A stretch of 64,000 bases of DNA, taken from Chrysomallon squamiferum. Taxonomy: Eukaryota > Animalia > Mollusca. How positions within the stretch are numbered: position 1 is the stretch's first letter; each line of letters opens with the position of its first letter. Under the pieces are notes generated by a model, which did no database searches, was not told the origin of the DNA, and saw nothing but the letters and a program-made list of their open reading frames with translations. The stretch covers positions 18,538,001 to 18,602,000 of the forward strand of contig CM022678.1 of the NCBI GenBank assembly GCA_012295275.1, in the 5' to 3' direction. Of this stretch, positions 1 to 37,880 are shown piece by piece. Both the position numbers and the translations under genes were made by a program.

Positions 1-7236
<7,236 letters not shown>

Positions 7237-9319
7237 TTTAATAGTGTTTGCTAAAATTTCTCAATAACCTAGGTTTTTATTTCTTTTTACTTCAGTATCT
7301 TTTCCACGTTACCGGTGTATGTACAGATAGATACACGTGTTAGATAGACCGTGATGGTGCGTGTTGTATATTAGAATACATAATCTTATCAAAAATGATC
7401 TCCCGTTAAATGTATTATAATTAATAATATTATAGTGATGTAAAGGAATTTATAAGCATACATATTAGTACTAATAAATGCAAACATATATAGAGACAGA
7501 CACATGTACAGACAAATATATACATGATATATATAAAGAATACACGTCCTGTATAGAGTGTTTGTGATAACAGATATAACAAATCACATAGGAAGTATAT
7601 GGCTTCTAATGAAAAGTATTACACAACTGCGAACGATCATGGCCAAACATAGACCTAAAAATAGACTTATATTCCAAGTTCAAATCGTATTAGCTGACAT
7701 TTATTTGTATTCATTATAGCAGAACTTATACCTGCATTATACCTGCATTTGCATATTTGTACTTTACACTCACATATTGTATGTATGTAGGTGTATATAT
7801 ATATATATTGTTTTGCGTGAAAGAATATGTAAAATACATGTATTAATACTATTAGCGTGCATATCAAAAACATAGATCTGTGAGAAAATTCAGCTGAACA
7901 AACCGTTTTGCTATGTGATATCATTTTATATTAAACCCTAAGTGATATGTTGATATTATATAAACAGCTTATTGTTTTGTTTCGTTTACGTCTTTCAGTT
8001 TGATACATTTTACCTACCATAGCAACCTTTGCTTTTATGTACATCCTTTCATTTCATTTTCATTTTCACTTATTTTATTTTCATTGCCAGATAAACGTAT
8101 TAATTATTATTATTATTATTAAATAATAATTATTATTTTAATATGTATTATTTCTCTGTGTATATTAATATTTGTTGCTGTGTTGTAGACATGTCTGTGT
8201 TCATAACACGCTTTCCCGAATGTATTATTTGTATTTTTATATTTTGTTTTATAAATAAATATCATTTTTTAATAATACAGAATTGTTGTTTATGCAGATA
8301 ACGTATTAACAACTTTTAATGATTGACTGACTGATTGATTGATTGATTGATTGATTATTTATTTATTTATTTATTTATCTATTTACTTATTTATTTATTT
8401 ATTTATTTACTTATTTATTTATTTATTTATTTACTTATTTATTTATTTATTTACTTATTTGTTTTGTTATTTATTTATTTATTATTTATTTGTTTGTTTG
8501 TTTGTTTGTTTGTTTTTTTTTTATAATATCGATCATTTTTTCCTTCTTTATCGTGCAAGAAATACTGCAATGAAATTTGTTAATTTTTTCAAGAAAAAAT
8601 ATACAGATGGATAAAAAGATAAAGTAAGAAAAAAAAATAAAATCTATTTTGTACTGTAAAACAAAACTGTCCTATTTACGAGTATACACAACAAACCAAG
8701 AAATAACAACAGTTTATATGTTTATTTATTATAACGCTATGTAATATGAATCCTAATACAATATGAAAATCAATAACAGCATTTTCAAGACAAAAACATA
8801 GCAGTTAGTAGTAGCTGTAGTGGTAGTAGTAGTGGTAGTAATAGTCGTAGTAGTAGTAGTAGTATCAGTGGTATTAATATATGTAACATAAGTAATACAT
8901 TGATGACAGTTGTAGTAGTAATAATATTAGTAGTAGTAGTAGTAATAATAGTAGTAGTAGTAATAATAGTAGTAATAGTAGTAGTAATAATATCAGTAAT
9001 AGTAGTAGTAATAATATTAGTAATAGCAGAAGTTCCAGTAGAGACAGCATAATTATTTTTAGTAGTTGAAATAGTAGTAATGGTGATGGTAGTGGTAGTG
9101 GTTGTAGTAGTAATAATAATAACTAGTAGTAGTAGCTGTGATAACGGTATTGTTAAACTATTTCATAAAATTCACCAATGTAAGAGTTGTACAAAGTAAT
9201 AAAGTGATCAGAGAGTTTGACACAAAACTGTTTTGTTTTTTAACGTATTTTAAATGAGACGTCAGGCGGTTGGTGTTTTAGACCGTCACTTCGCGCTGTT
9301 CTGTCGCAGGACACACTGG

Positions 9320-12421
<3,102 letters not shown>

Positions 12422-12945
12422 CTTTGAAGATAAACGTTAGACTTTTACACTGGAAGTTAACTAATAATTTTCATCGTCGTTTCGAAACTAAATATCGGAA
12501 GCTGGTCTATTCTCGATAGCGACTTAAAATCGTTTATCACTCAAGAAAAAGGAAGCGGTTTGTATAAAAAAAAAAAAGTGTCTTCTTAAAAAAAAATAAT
12601 AAAAAATAATAATAATGTTTATTCGTTTTAAAACACACGAGTTGCTATGACAACTGCTTCTTCATTTAACGATGGGTGTAACAAAAGATGTTTTGTGTGA
12701 CACGTCGTAGCATATAACGAAAACACCACGCCTATCAAAACGGCCGTATAAGGCCTCTGGGCTGACGTAGTCGTTGAATTAATGCGGCAACTGACAGCTC
12801 CGCGACATCGTCGTGTCACAAACGAAGTGAATTATGATTCGAGAATCATTATCTAAGCCGACAATGAATTTTTTTTCGCTACCTCAACAATAACATGTTT
12901 ATCTATGTATTATACATTTCTCTTGTACGTCCATGTTAATACTAA

Positions 12946-12983
<38 letters not shown>

Positions 12984-13195
12984 GACATCATCACTGTGTT
13001 GTTGCTAATGATGCTATATCTCTTATTATTATTATTGTTACAAAATTCGTTGAGACATTATATTTAATACGGGTTCATTCTTTTTCTTTTTGTTCCTCGT
13101 TTTCGGCTTCAAGAACTACTTCGCTGTTGAACAACAGTTGATATTCTTGTTTGAGCGATTTTCTTTCGACATTATTTATTTTATTTATTTATTTT

Positions 13196-13303
<108 letters not shown>

Positions 13304-13673
13304 GTTCATATTGTCATATATTTATTTAATCATTCATTTACTAGAGAGTGTATGAAGAACTGAATAATCGAAAACTGTAAATATCACTTTTGCCAACAAA
13401 TAACAGTGGCCTGGCATGAGCTTAAAAAGAACAACAACAACAACAACAACCCTAATAATAATAAAAAGCCTGACACAATACTAAACACTTAGTCACTGTA
13501 GAATATTTTATAGATCATTGTGTTATGAGTAGTTTTAATATCATTTTGTTTAATGATATTTTGGATATATAGACAATAGTCCATTATTATAAATAGTTTA
13601 ATAATCAGGAACGAAATATATTTTATTGAAAATAAAATGAAGAAAGCATTAAAGTACTACTACTGCTATATAC

Positions 13674-13722
<49 letters not shown>

Positions 13723-15226
13723 GTATGCATATATCATCTTTAAATTGAATACAATTGGCAGCAACATTCATCATTTTAAAATAATACGTATGTAGAATAT
13801 TTTAAATAAATGAAATCTTTGCAAAAAAAATCTGAAAAAAAAAAAAAAAAAAAAAAAATCCCTGAAGGAAAAAAAAAAAAAAGATCCTACATTTTTATAT
13901 AAATCATTTACGTGCAGTCTACACGTTAATGCGGCCTTGTAAATTGTCATGCTGATGATAAATGTGGTTATCTCCCTTGAACTGTGACACGTGTATGTAC
14001 TCCTGTAATAATTACTGTAATACAAGTACCATTGCTTAAGCTGCTATACCCATTATGTAAATGTTTTTAACAACAAATAAAACGTTTCTTTTTATCATTG
14101 GTTTTTTAACAATAAATAAAGAAATATAAACAAATATAATAATAATAAAAAACCCACAATAAATGATAAAATAACAACATAAAATAAAATAAAATAAAAT
14201 AAAAAATATTAATCGTTCCTTAAAGAAATATTTAATTTCATTCTAATGCATTTATACAGCCATTTATTGTTTTTCTTGTTCCACTTTTCTTTTTTTTTTT
14301 CTTTTTTTTATTCACCGTTTTTTTGTTAAAAGGAATGTGACATATTTCTTTGGTTGACAGGTGCAAATCAGGGACGATTAATGTTTGGGCAGGCACCATT
14401 TATCACTTCAGATCTTACACTAGTGTAGTGTTCTTTAAGTTATTTCCCTTGATTTTTCACCCGAGGCGCTGTTTGACACAGAAAAACCCCAAAGATCGGT
14501 ACATGCGTAGAGAATCGGTTAATAATCGGAAGTTAACGTCACAGTGTCCGGCTTTGAAATATGGGTGGATTGCGGAATGGTACCACTCGTTTAATCTGTA
14601 TAAATCGGAGAGAAAAAAAAAAAAGAAAAAGAAAAAAGATAATAAAAAGGGAGAAAGACAACGAAACAGAGATAAAAAGTAAAATAGTTTTACAAGATCG
14701 TGAACAGCTTGTTTCACAAATAGAAATTAGCTCAAGAAAAACTAAAATTAATCATTTCTGTTTACACAGATGTGTTTTGTATTTCTTATTGTTGTTGTTA
14801 ATACTAATAATAACAACAACAACAACAACAGTAATTACTCTGTTAAAATACAATTATTACTATTGCTGTAGCTCCTACAACTAATACTACAATTATTACA
14901 ACTTTACTACTATTACTAATACTACACTATTCTACTAGTAGAATAGTACAGCTACTCCACTGCTATTCGTGTTTCTGTTACAAGAACTAGTACTACTACT
15001 ATTACTACTACTGCTACTACTACTACTACTACTACAACTAGTACTACTATTACTGTTCGGACTACTGCTACTACTTCAACTACTACTGCTGCTTCTGATG
15101 TTACTGCAGTTTCTAATATTACTGTCATTACTCCTACTACCACTATTACTACTACTACTACTACTGTTACTACTACTACTCCTAATTCTACTACCATTAC
15201 TTCTACTACTACTAATATTACTACTT

Positions 15227-15265
<39 letters not shown>

Positions 15266-16699
15266 TTACAACTGGTGCTGTACCAGTACTTTGACACTGA
15301 TAAAATAACAGCAAGTAACATTTATTTAAGTAATGTGTTGTATCCTGTATTTCTGTTAAACTGCACATTAAGCATCATCAACGCCTTGCTGTTCTTATAT
15401 CTCCCGAAATAAAGAAATGTTAAACGTTTTAACATTACCCATTCTAACCAGTGATCCATGCACTGTTTCCCATAAAGTGTATTAATATGTATATTCTTGA
15501 AATTTTATTTCACGAAATATATATATAAAAATACAAAAACACATAGCGCTAGCAGTAACAGTACGCAACTGCAGTATTGTTGCTGTTGCTGTTGTTGCTG
15601 CTGTTGCTGTTGTTGTTTTGGAGTGCTATAGGTCGGTCTTTGCTTGTTTATTTGTTTGTTATTTATGATTTCCCTCGCTGATTTCGTTATTACACAAATG
15701 AATTTCTGATTGACGTATAACTGGAGTACAATTTTCTCTGTTCTGACTGAGTATACTATTCACCCGTTTTTTAAAGTCGTTTAAATAATCATTCTTCTTC
15801 TACGCAGTATTATTATTGTCTCTTTTAAGTCGTTGTTTTTGCTGTTCTTGTTTTGTTGATAATGATGACGTTGGTCTTGGTTGTTGCCCAGATAATGAAC
15901 ACAACGTAATACTTAGAAAATCATTTTTATTTACAGTTAGTGTATATTTCATTTCATTATTTCTTTGTTTGTTTGTTTGTTTGTTCGTTTATTTATTTAT
16001 TTGTATGTCTGTTTGTTTATTTTCTTTTCTTTCTTAACTTCCTTTTGTAATGACATTATTACTTCGTTATAAAGTGATATTTGGTGAAATATCTATATAT
16101 CAGCCTGACAAAAACAAAATCAGTGATGAGAGATATATTATAACAGAACAACAAACGACAACAAAGGTAAAACAAAATATAAATTTTATTTTAGTTACAC
16201 TGCTGACACAGATTTCAAATTACAGACAATAAATATATTTAATAAATGAAAGTTCTAATACAAACATGAATTTCAAAATAAGGATCATCTTTACTTGTTC
16301 AGAGAGGAGTCCACAATTCCCCCCTCTTTGAACAGATCCACGCCCAAATAAACTAGTACCTTCTTTGTTTCCCTTCGAGAAAGACGAATGAAAAAGAGGA
16401 ACGAAAGAATAAATGAAGAAGAATAAGGTACGGAAATAAAGAAAGAAAGAAAGAAAGAAAGGAAAAGAAAGAAAGAAAGTGAAAACATACAAAGAAAAAC
16501 TAATAGAAAAAGAAAGCAAATGCAATTTTTATCTTCATATTTTTAAAACATAGCGAATCAGTATACAAAGGCAATAAATATAATTTATATTTATAATATT
16601 TATATTGTAACGAGTATTAAATATGGCAATAAATAATGTTCAATGTTTAGCAAACAAATAAAACAGTTCGAATCTACTGACCAGATATTAGAAGAAGAA

Positions 16700-16768
<69 letters not shown>

Positions 16769-17152
16769 CATAATCATAATAATAATATATTTTGTATCAC
16801 AAACCCGACACCGCATCTATTTCACAATCTTTTTTCCCGAAACCTTTTCTACAAAACTAATGGATTTGTAAAAATATAATATATGCAAAATAAAATTAAT
16901 AAAACATTTCTCTATACAATTTCTTTGTGCTCAAAAATACTCTCATCACACCGGTATAAAATCAAAGCCTGGGTCAGTATGGCAGTCAAGGTCATTCTCA
17001 AGGTTGCAGCCAGACACTTGACCTTTTGCATTAGCTCATGTGACTTGTACGAAACCTCCAATGCCAGGGTTTGTGTGCTTTTTCTTGTTTTGAAGTGCAG
17101 CAGAACCAAAAATAGACGGTTACAAATGGCGGCGATGGAGTTAATTTTCTTT

Positions 17153-19284
<2,132 letters not shown>

Positions 19285-21215
19285 TGTGTTGGAAAAAGAT
19301 TCTTCTTTTTTTATAGTTCTTTTTTTTTTCGACGGATTGACTGTTAGATTTAATGGCTTGAAGCAGAGTTTTTTGTTGTTTTTTAACAAGAGAATCGTTT
19401 AGATATAAATTTTATCAAGTGAATAATTTTAACTTTTCCGAGTTGCAGAATTGTTTTTAATTTTTTTTTTGTCTTTAATTTAATTACAATTAAACGTAAC
19501 GATTACACAAACGAACAGCAGTTCAAAAAAAACAAAAAAACTGCAATAATCTTAGTAGACTTCTTTCTTTCAAACTGATTTCAGTCAACTGTCCACGTTT
19601 CAATTACCAAAGAAGCCGAAAATGCTACTAAATGATTGTTATCAGTCACGCTTCAGGGATCTCTGCTCTGATTGTGAATACAAAGATTGTTCTGAAGGAG
19701 TCGATGAAATAATTGTTATTTATATGGTGATCTATTTGTGTCGCAGCCTATCAATAACGTCATACAACAAGCAGTGTTCCTGAGTGCTGAGTTCACGACC
19801 TTTCTGTCCCTGTTTCGCGTCACGAGTTTGACGTACAGACCTGCACGTGTGGCAGTCTTAGCCTTAGGCGAATGAAGGCGTAGAACAAAAAAAAAAAAAT
19901 CAAAAAGAAAAAAAGAAAAAGATAATCTTTCAGACGTGATTGCAGATCGATCAATGTGCTGAGATTTGCGCTGTGATTTCTTTTCCTTCTTCTTCTTATT
20001 CTTTTACTTATTTGTTTGATTATTATTTTGTTTTTGAATTTATTTATTTATAAATTTATTCATTTGTTTGTTTGTTCATTTGTTTGTTTGTTCATTTGTT
20101 TGTTTGTTTGTTTATAGAGAGTAAAACAAGTATTGCTAACAACAATAAATAATTAAATAAATAAACAAATAAATAAATAAATAAAAATATAAAAATTCCA
20201 TAATAGGTATCACCACCCACAATATTACAGTTTTCAGTCATATAATCTAATTATATGAGACAAACGCTGAATAGAAAACAAAGGAATATTTACAGCTGAC
20301 TTAAAACTATCTCCTCCGTAGTTTTCTTTACCAACAATAAAATTTGACATTTAAAACACGAACTGCAATAACTCATTTTAAACTTCGTTATCAGAAATTC
20401 TTTTGGATGTCTGAATATTCGTCATTGAATTATTCTTCCGATACTTTTTTTTTGTTTTGTTTTTTAATTAAAAAATCTGGGTTGTTTTCGTCAGTGCATT
20501 CTGGGTAACGCCCGGACAATTAAATGATATCTGTGTTGTGCCGTCTCGTGAGTGGAAATGACAGAAATGCAATAAATGTGATAAACAGTTTGACAACAGA
20601 GTTTTTACGAGATTCACCTGTAAACGGGAGTGTTAATTTAGCGGTTACCTTCTTGTTTTACTAAGTGCGCATAAACGACTGGTCGTCTATAAACATTTTT
20701 TTTTCTACAGCTTTTCCTAAAGCTCATATTTGACAGAGTCATTTGCAAATGTCATGGTAACGAGTTCAATTCTCTTCGCCGTCCATGTCGAATAGTTAAA
20801 AAAAAAATCCGTCCGGATAATCTTTCACAGGATGTGATTTATTTACTAAGTAACGTCCTCAGTCTTTTGTATTATCAGTTTATTTTGTGCCGTGTATTGA
20901 TAAACAATTTTTATTCCTGTATGACGCGCCTGATCATTTGATTATTTTGTTCTTAAACGTTATTTTCTAATGCATGCTCAAGACCAGATTTTAATTTGTT
21001 TGTCTTAGTATATCGTCACACAGATGACAAACGTTTATATAAGAGATATATTTAAATAGTAAAATATTTGTTCGTTCATTTTAGTATAACCAATGATATG
21101 TCATTGATTTCTTAAATATTCTTATACAGATACATTCTGTAAATGCATACAGACAGGAAGACATTCATAGACATTCATTCTTAGAAGAGAAACAAAGATA
21201 GAACGATAGAGATAG

Positions 21216-21313
<98 letters not shown>

Positions 21314-21619
21314 ACACAAACTTAAAGAGAAACAAAATATACAGAGAAAGAGACAAACAGACAAATGGAATATCAGGCAGGCATACAGAGAGATCCTTTT
21401 ACATTTTGAAATACTGAACTAATTTCATATATTTTATTATTATTATTATTATTATTATCACAGCGAAACTGAAATAACTAGAGCTCCATTAATTTATTAA
21501 CTGACAATATTAAAGTACGACATATAAGCAGACATATTACTTTGTGACGTATTAATCTGCAGATCGAAAGCGAGATTTCACGTATAGAACATAGGTAATT
21601 TATGTCACGGACCAGCTTG

Positions 21620-30474
<8,855 letters not shown>

Positions 30475-31037
30475 TTCGTTTGAACTTCACTTCAAAAATT
30501 GTCCGGTGTCGGAAGATTAGCCTAATTCGCATTCTGGCAATTCATACGGAGTCGTCATTAAATTCTTAAGCTGATAATCCCTTACAGATGTTAACAATAA
30601 TATAATAATTTAATTATATTTTTATAAACAGCCGTAACACCAGATGTATTGAAAATAAAAAGCGACTCGGTTATATCGGGTTGTGTATATTTGTCTGTGT
30701 GTGTGTGTGTTTGTATGTGTTTTCATGTGTGTAACCTTGCTGGTCATTGTGTAAATATGTGTGTGGTGTGTATGTGGTGTAATGTGTGTGCGTTGCGTGT
30801 GAATGTGTGCGTGTGTGTATTTTATGTGTTTGTATATCTGTCTGTCTGTCAAACAGGGTCTGTCTATTATAATTTTGTTTACGCATTCATGATAAATGGA
30901 CATAAGAGATTTTCATTCCATTTGAGATAGAAAAATAAATATGAAAATTAAAATTAAATTAAGGTCCAAAACTTAAAACAATAATAACATTAAAATCAAT
31001 ATTAATAATATGTCATGAAAAACCATACTAACAACAC

Positions 31038-31119
<82 letters not shown>

Positions 31120-31337
31120 GCATTTACGGCGATTATATTTTAAGAGATTAAGCATCCCATTACTAGTCCACACTGTAATCTTTTGCAGTCCTAGAATCTT
31201 AAGTCGAATGGATTACCTGAATTAAACAAAACCATGCGAGGTACATGAAAGCCGTATGTACATATATATATATATATATATTGAGAGAGTTAGATTATTT
31301 ATTATCCAGTTGGATAAAAAGTAGACATTGCCTTCAT

Positions 31338-31451
<114 letters not shown>

Positions 31452-31692
31452 ATGATCATTCCCTCTCAGTACATCTGTACTTGAATTATTTATATACCAG
31501 TTTAAAACACTCCGTTTACAGGGCTGCGTAGTCCTTCGACTCATACAACTAAGTGTTTAGATTAATAACAATTAAAACAAACAAAAACAACTATTAAGTA
31601 AGCGATTTACTGAAGTAAAACTATAAAATCTATAAAATAACTCTCACAATCAATTTGAGTTCATTGCAAGAGAGCATTTTATGGTTTCCATA

Positions 31693-31931
31693 TTACGTAA
31701 TATGACGTCATCTAACCATTACAGGTTACGTTATTGAATTAGCATAAGTTATGCAAGGTCGTGGATGCTGATTAACCTAAGAGGTTGTTGAACCGTGGTC
31801 GATGTGGGAACACAACTGGCAATAATGTTGCCAACGTAGTGGTGATCATCGCCGACATCACAGTTCCAAACATAGTTGCAACCAATGTCATACTCATCTC
31901 TGTTTAAGACTTTTGTCCGAATCTTTTTGCG

Positions 31932-31978
<47 letters not shown>

Positions 31979-32293
31979 TCGCTTTCATTTATTTATTTAT
32001 TTATTTGTTACTTTTTCAAATTATTTTTGTTTTTCTTAGGGTTTAGCAATTTCTTCTCACGTTACCTCTAAAACTTCAATAAAAAATAACAAATAAACCA
32101 AATAAAAATAGTAATTAATTTTATTTATTTATTTTAATTTCTTTGTTTTAATTTTAATCTTAATTTTTTTATTATTATTATTTTTATTTATTTATTTATT
32201 TCTATTACAAAAATATACAGCCTTAGCCTTGACCTTTTTTGAACAGATGACGTCATATAATCTTTGAAATCTTTGACATCCTTTTGGACGTCA
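31693..32293. promoter_or_regulatory. Cluster of CRE/bZIP palindromes upstream of the claudin-like gene
   Basis: TTACGTAA 31693, TGACGTCA 31703 and 32248, near-site GGACGTCA 32286. Motif match only; TGACGT is common in this window. Confidence 0.3.
31772..31897 (-). CDS. Candidate 41-aa microprotein MSMTLVATMFGTVMSAMITTTLATLLPVVFPHRPRFNNLLG
   Basis: ATG-to-TAA ORF filling a GC-richer, non-repetitive island. AG acceptor 2 nt upstream of the ATG and a possible upstream donor at 32065. Below the ORF-track length cutoff. Confidence 0.35.
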   Translation of the reverse strand: MSMTLVATMFGTVMSAMITTTLATLLPVVFPHRPRFNNLLG

Positions 32294-32971
32294 TTAATGA
32301 AATTTAGGGAACGTGATTTTTATTCTTTTGTTTTTTCTGTAACAAATTTCACTTGTTAAGGTTAATTTTATTCTAAAACCGTTTGCCATGTCTGTGGTCA
32401 TCTTGGTGGACTGACAGTCTCTAAGTTTTAAAAGAACAAAGTGGACACAATTTGTAAGTAGAAGTTTTAACATAAATGATTTTTAATAGCTAGTAGCCAA
32501 TTCATTTTTAATCCGAAGTACATCTACTGCTAGTAGATGTAGTCGTGACAGTAGTAGTACTTGTTGTTGTACTGGTAATTATGTAGTAATAATAGTCGAA
32601 GTAGTTGTAGTAACAATACAGGTTTAATAGCTGCTGTAGTGTTTTTAATAGTAATAACACACGTATTACCTACACACTTAAATATTTACTTATATATATA
32701 CCTATACAGATGCTAAATTATGTGTTATGAGTTTTTGAAGAGGTCTTGTGGAACATTAATTTCTTTCTTGTTTACTATTTAACTTAATAACATACAAACT
32801 TATTTAGATCATGTACTCACTTATTTAATTACTCAGTTACCTTTTTCGCCCCGTAGTTTTAATTCGTTAATTGCTAACTGCCTAACTTATTAATTTATCC
32901 ACTCTCTCTCCCTTAATGTTCTTTTTTTCCCCTTTTTTTCGTTTTCTCTCTCCGTAGAATCGTGACGGAGT

Positions 32972-34572
<1,601 letters not shown>

Positions 34573-34714
34573 CTTCAAATAACACAAAGCTTGAAAAATA
34601 ATATTTAAAAAAAAAATCTCTCCTCTGACTAAATAACGAACATCTAGAAGTACTAGCCGTACTAGTCGTGGTCATAGTAACGGTAGACGATTTATTAGTC
34701 GTAATAATTCGGAA

Positions 34715-34753
<39 letters not shown>

Positions 34754-35152
34754 AGTAGAAACTGTCCTACAGTTGAAGGGAGATAACCGCATTTGTCATG
34801 GATATAACATTTTTTTTTTTTTTTTTTTTTTTTTATTGTGGACTGCACTAGCACGTGGAGTTCACGTAAATGTTCTGTTTATGTGAAAATGCTGTTTGTG
34901 TCTGACGTGTACAAATATTTCGTTTATTTGAAATCTTCGCGATGTGTTTCTTTTTTTTTTTTTTTTTTTTTTTTACTTTTGTGTTTTCGAAGTAAATGAT
35001 TCGTGTTTCGTTTTAGTTTTATTTTCAACTTTCATTCAGTTCACATTCAGAGTATACCCAATTAAATACATACGTACATACATAATATTTATTAAGATGA
35101 TGATGATAATACTAATAGTAATAATAATGATAATATTAATAATATTAATGCA

Positions 35153-35193
<41 letters not shown>

Positions 35194-36613
35194 TACTACT
35201 ACTACTACTACTACTATTGCTATTATTAGTATTAGTAATAGCAGTATCAGTTATAATTAGTGTAGTGTAGCATAGTCTAACATTATAGTGTAATATAGTA
35301 CAGTATGATTCTGTAGCGCGACTGTAGTTGTGTTTAATATAATATGTTATGGCATATTACGTTTTTTCTCTTAAACAACTGCACAGCAAGATTGCTTCTT
35401 AATAAAAATATAAATAAAATTAGACGAACAAACAAACAATGAAATAAATGAAATGAAAATAAAAACTAATTAATTAAAAACACACACACGTACAAAAAAA
35501 AAAAAAAAAAAATTAAAAATATGCATCCATGAATCGACATATTTTATAGTTTGATGTTAAGCATTCAATACAGCGAAATATATATATATATATATATATA
35601 TACTTTTTCTTACGAAAGGTTAGTAAGCAAATATTGTCAGACAAGTGGCGGACAAAAAAAAAAAAATCTAATCATCTGAAAAGCTGTATGGTCCGACCGG
35701 AAAAAAAAAAGGAAATTAGTTTAGATTATACACTGACTTGTTTAGATTTTACCAGCGTCAGAATAGTCTAAACCATATCAAGCGGTTATCGGTTTTAACA
35801 GTTTTAGTATATTTATATATATTTATTTATTAAAACAGACTCGTATACGTTTATTCATGAATACGACTGCGGTCAATTAGGTCTTGGGTGTGTCAGAATG
35901 AACTGCTGTACAGTCTTGGTAATGGCTGTTTAAAACGATCTGTTACCGCTATTGTTAAATGGTTAAGAAAGGAGAATATCTGAATTATGATAATGGCAAT
36001 TTCATCGGGTGTGTTGGGTATGGATGAATATTGTGGAGTTTCTTCAGGTGGTTTTGGGGTTTCTTTTCTGTATGGTGTGAACGAATGAGCTAGCGCGATC
36101 CCGTGACATGCGCATGGGAGTGTTTGAAAACTTTTCGCCTGTCATAAAACATTAATAAGAAATTAAAGACATAAATAAGTAATAATAATAAAATAATAAT
36201 AATCAAAAGGCAGTTAAAAGATTACTTGCGGACAACAAAAGCTCGAACGAGTAAATACATATCAACATTCTAATGTTAATATTTCTTTATTAAGTGTTTC
36301 TCGCGTTTATATGTTTTGTATACAGTAATAATTCATGTGTCAGATATTTTATTACATATGTGCACTTTCTTGCTGGATAGAGTCAGTCATTCCTTTTCTT
36401 ATCTGATGACGTCACAAGGTCGTTCATACATAAAACACAAACACCCCTAATACGTACCTAAGAATTATATATGCTTCTATATATATATATATATATAATT
36501 ATTATGGACACATACAAACATACACACACATACATGCATGCATCACACATATATTCATACATTCAGACATATATACGTACATACAGACATACGTATATAT
36601 ACACATACACATT

Positions 36614-36770
36614 GTCTTGATGGCCGAATGGTAACATCGTCCGCCTTCGTAGTGCGGGCGAATGGGTGTCATACGTTCGAGTCTCGTCAGCGGCATCTGA
36701 CGGGTTTGTGAGGTCGTGATTGAACTTTGTCCTCCTGCGTCAGTGCGTTCCCGAATATAGTCTATGTATT
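36614..36770 (+). mobile_element. tRNA-derived SINE-like element (or tRNA pseudogene with tail)
   Basis: A-box TGGCCGAATGG, B-box GTTCGAGTC, CCGC/GCGG anticodon-like stem, long variable region and degenerate acceptor stem (36614-36695), followed by about 75 bp of unique body running into (CATA)/(CA) repeats. Confidence 0.6.
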
Positions 36771-37327
36771 CAGACACACATAAGATAGAGAATATTCAAA
36801 TCCTAAAACATATGCATACATACAAACATACACATAGATGCATACACACAGATATACATACATATTTGCTTAACGAAACCCCAACACTAAAATAAAAGCT
36901 GCTAATAGGTGTCTTTCAAAGTAAAGAGAGAATATTTTTATTTGCCTCCTTATGAGAGACAGAAAGACAGACAGACGTTAAGACAGATACACAGACTGAC
37001 AGTGAGACAGACAGAGAGTGAGACAGACATACAGGTAAACATATAGACAGACAGGCAGACAGATAAAGACAGAGAGAGATGGAGAGAAAAACAGCGAAAG
37101 GCACAGAAAGAGAAAAACTAGAATAATTTTTAATACTTTTCAAAATTATTTTTTTATTTATTTATTTAATTGAATCATTTAATTATTTATTTTTATACAT
37201 TTAAATATTTATTCATTCTTTCATTTATTCAGTCATTTGCTTAGTTATTCTTCTTATTTATTTATTTAATCATTCAAACATTTACTCATTCATTTATTTA
37301 TTTATTCATTCATTTATTGTATATACT

Positions 37328-37880
37328 ATAGTAGAGTAAGGTGTGGTATGGCATGATATGGTATGGTATGGAATAGTACAGCTTAGTATAGTACAGAATG
37401 ACGTAGTATAGTATAGTATAGAATAGTATAGTATAGTATAGTATAGCATAGTATAGTGTAGTATAGTATGGTATTGTATAGAATGGTATAGTATATTATA
37501 GTATAGTACAGAATGGCGTAGTGTAGTATAGTATAGTATGGTATAGCATAGTTTGGTATGGTATGAATAGGTTAGTGTAGTATAGTATATATTATAGCAT
37601 GGAATGGTGTGGTATAGTATATAATAGAATAGTATAGTGTAGTATAGTATGATATGATATGGTATAGTATGGTATGGTATGGCATGGCATGGTATGGTAT
37701 AGTATAGTATAGTGTACTGTAGTATAGAATGATATATTATACGATATGGAATGGTATAGTATTGAATAGTATGGCATAGTATAGTACAGGCTAGTATGCC
37801 ATTTTATCTTATTTTATGGTATGGTTTAGTGTAATGTGGTTTACTAAGGTATAGTATAGCACAGTATGGTATGGTGCTTC
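37328..37880. repeat. Degenerate pentanucleotide satellite (GTATA/GTATG/GCATG)n
   Basis: Direct reading; 5-bp periodicity. Confidence 0.9.

Noticed and set aside
36614-36695. Functional tRNA gene
   Set aside because: Acceptor and T stems are mismatched, the anticodon loop is oversized and there is no oligo-T terminator; called SINE-like instead.
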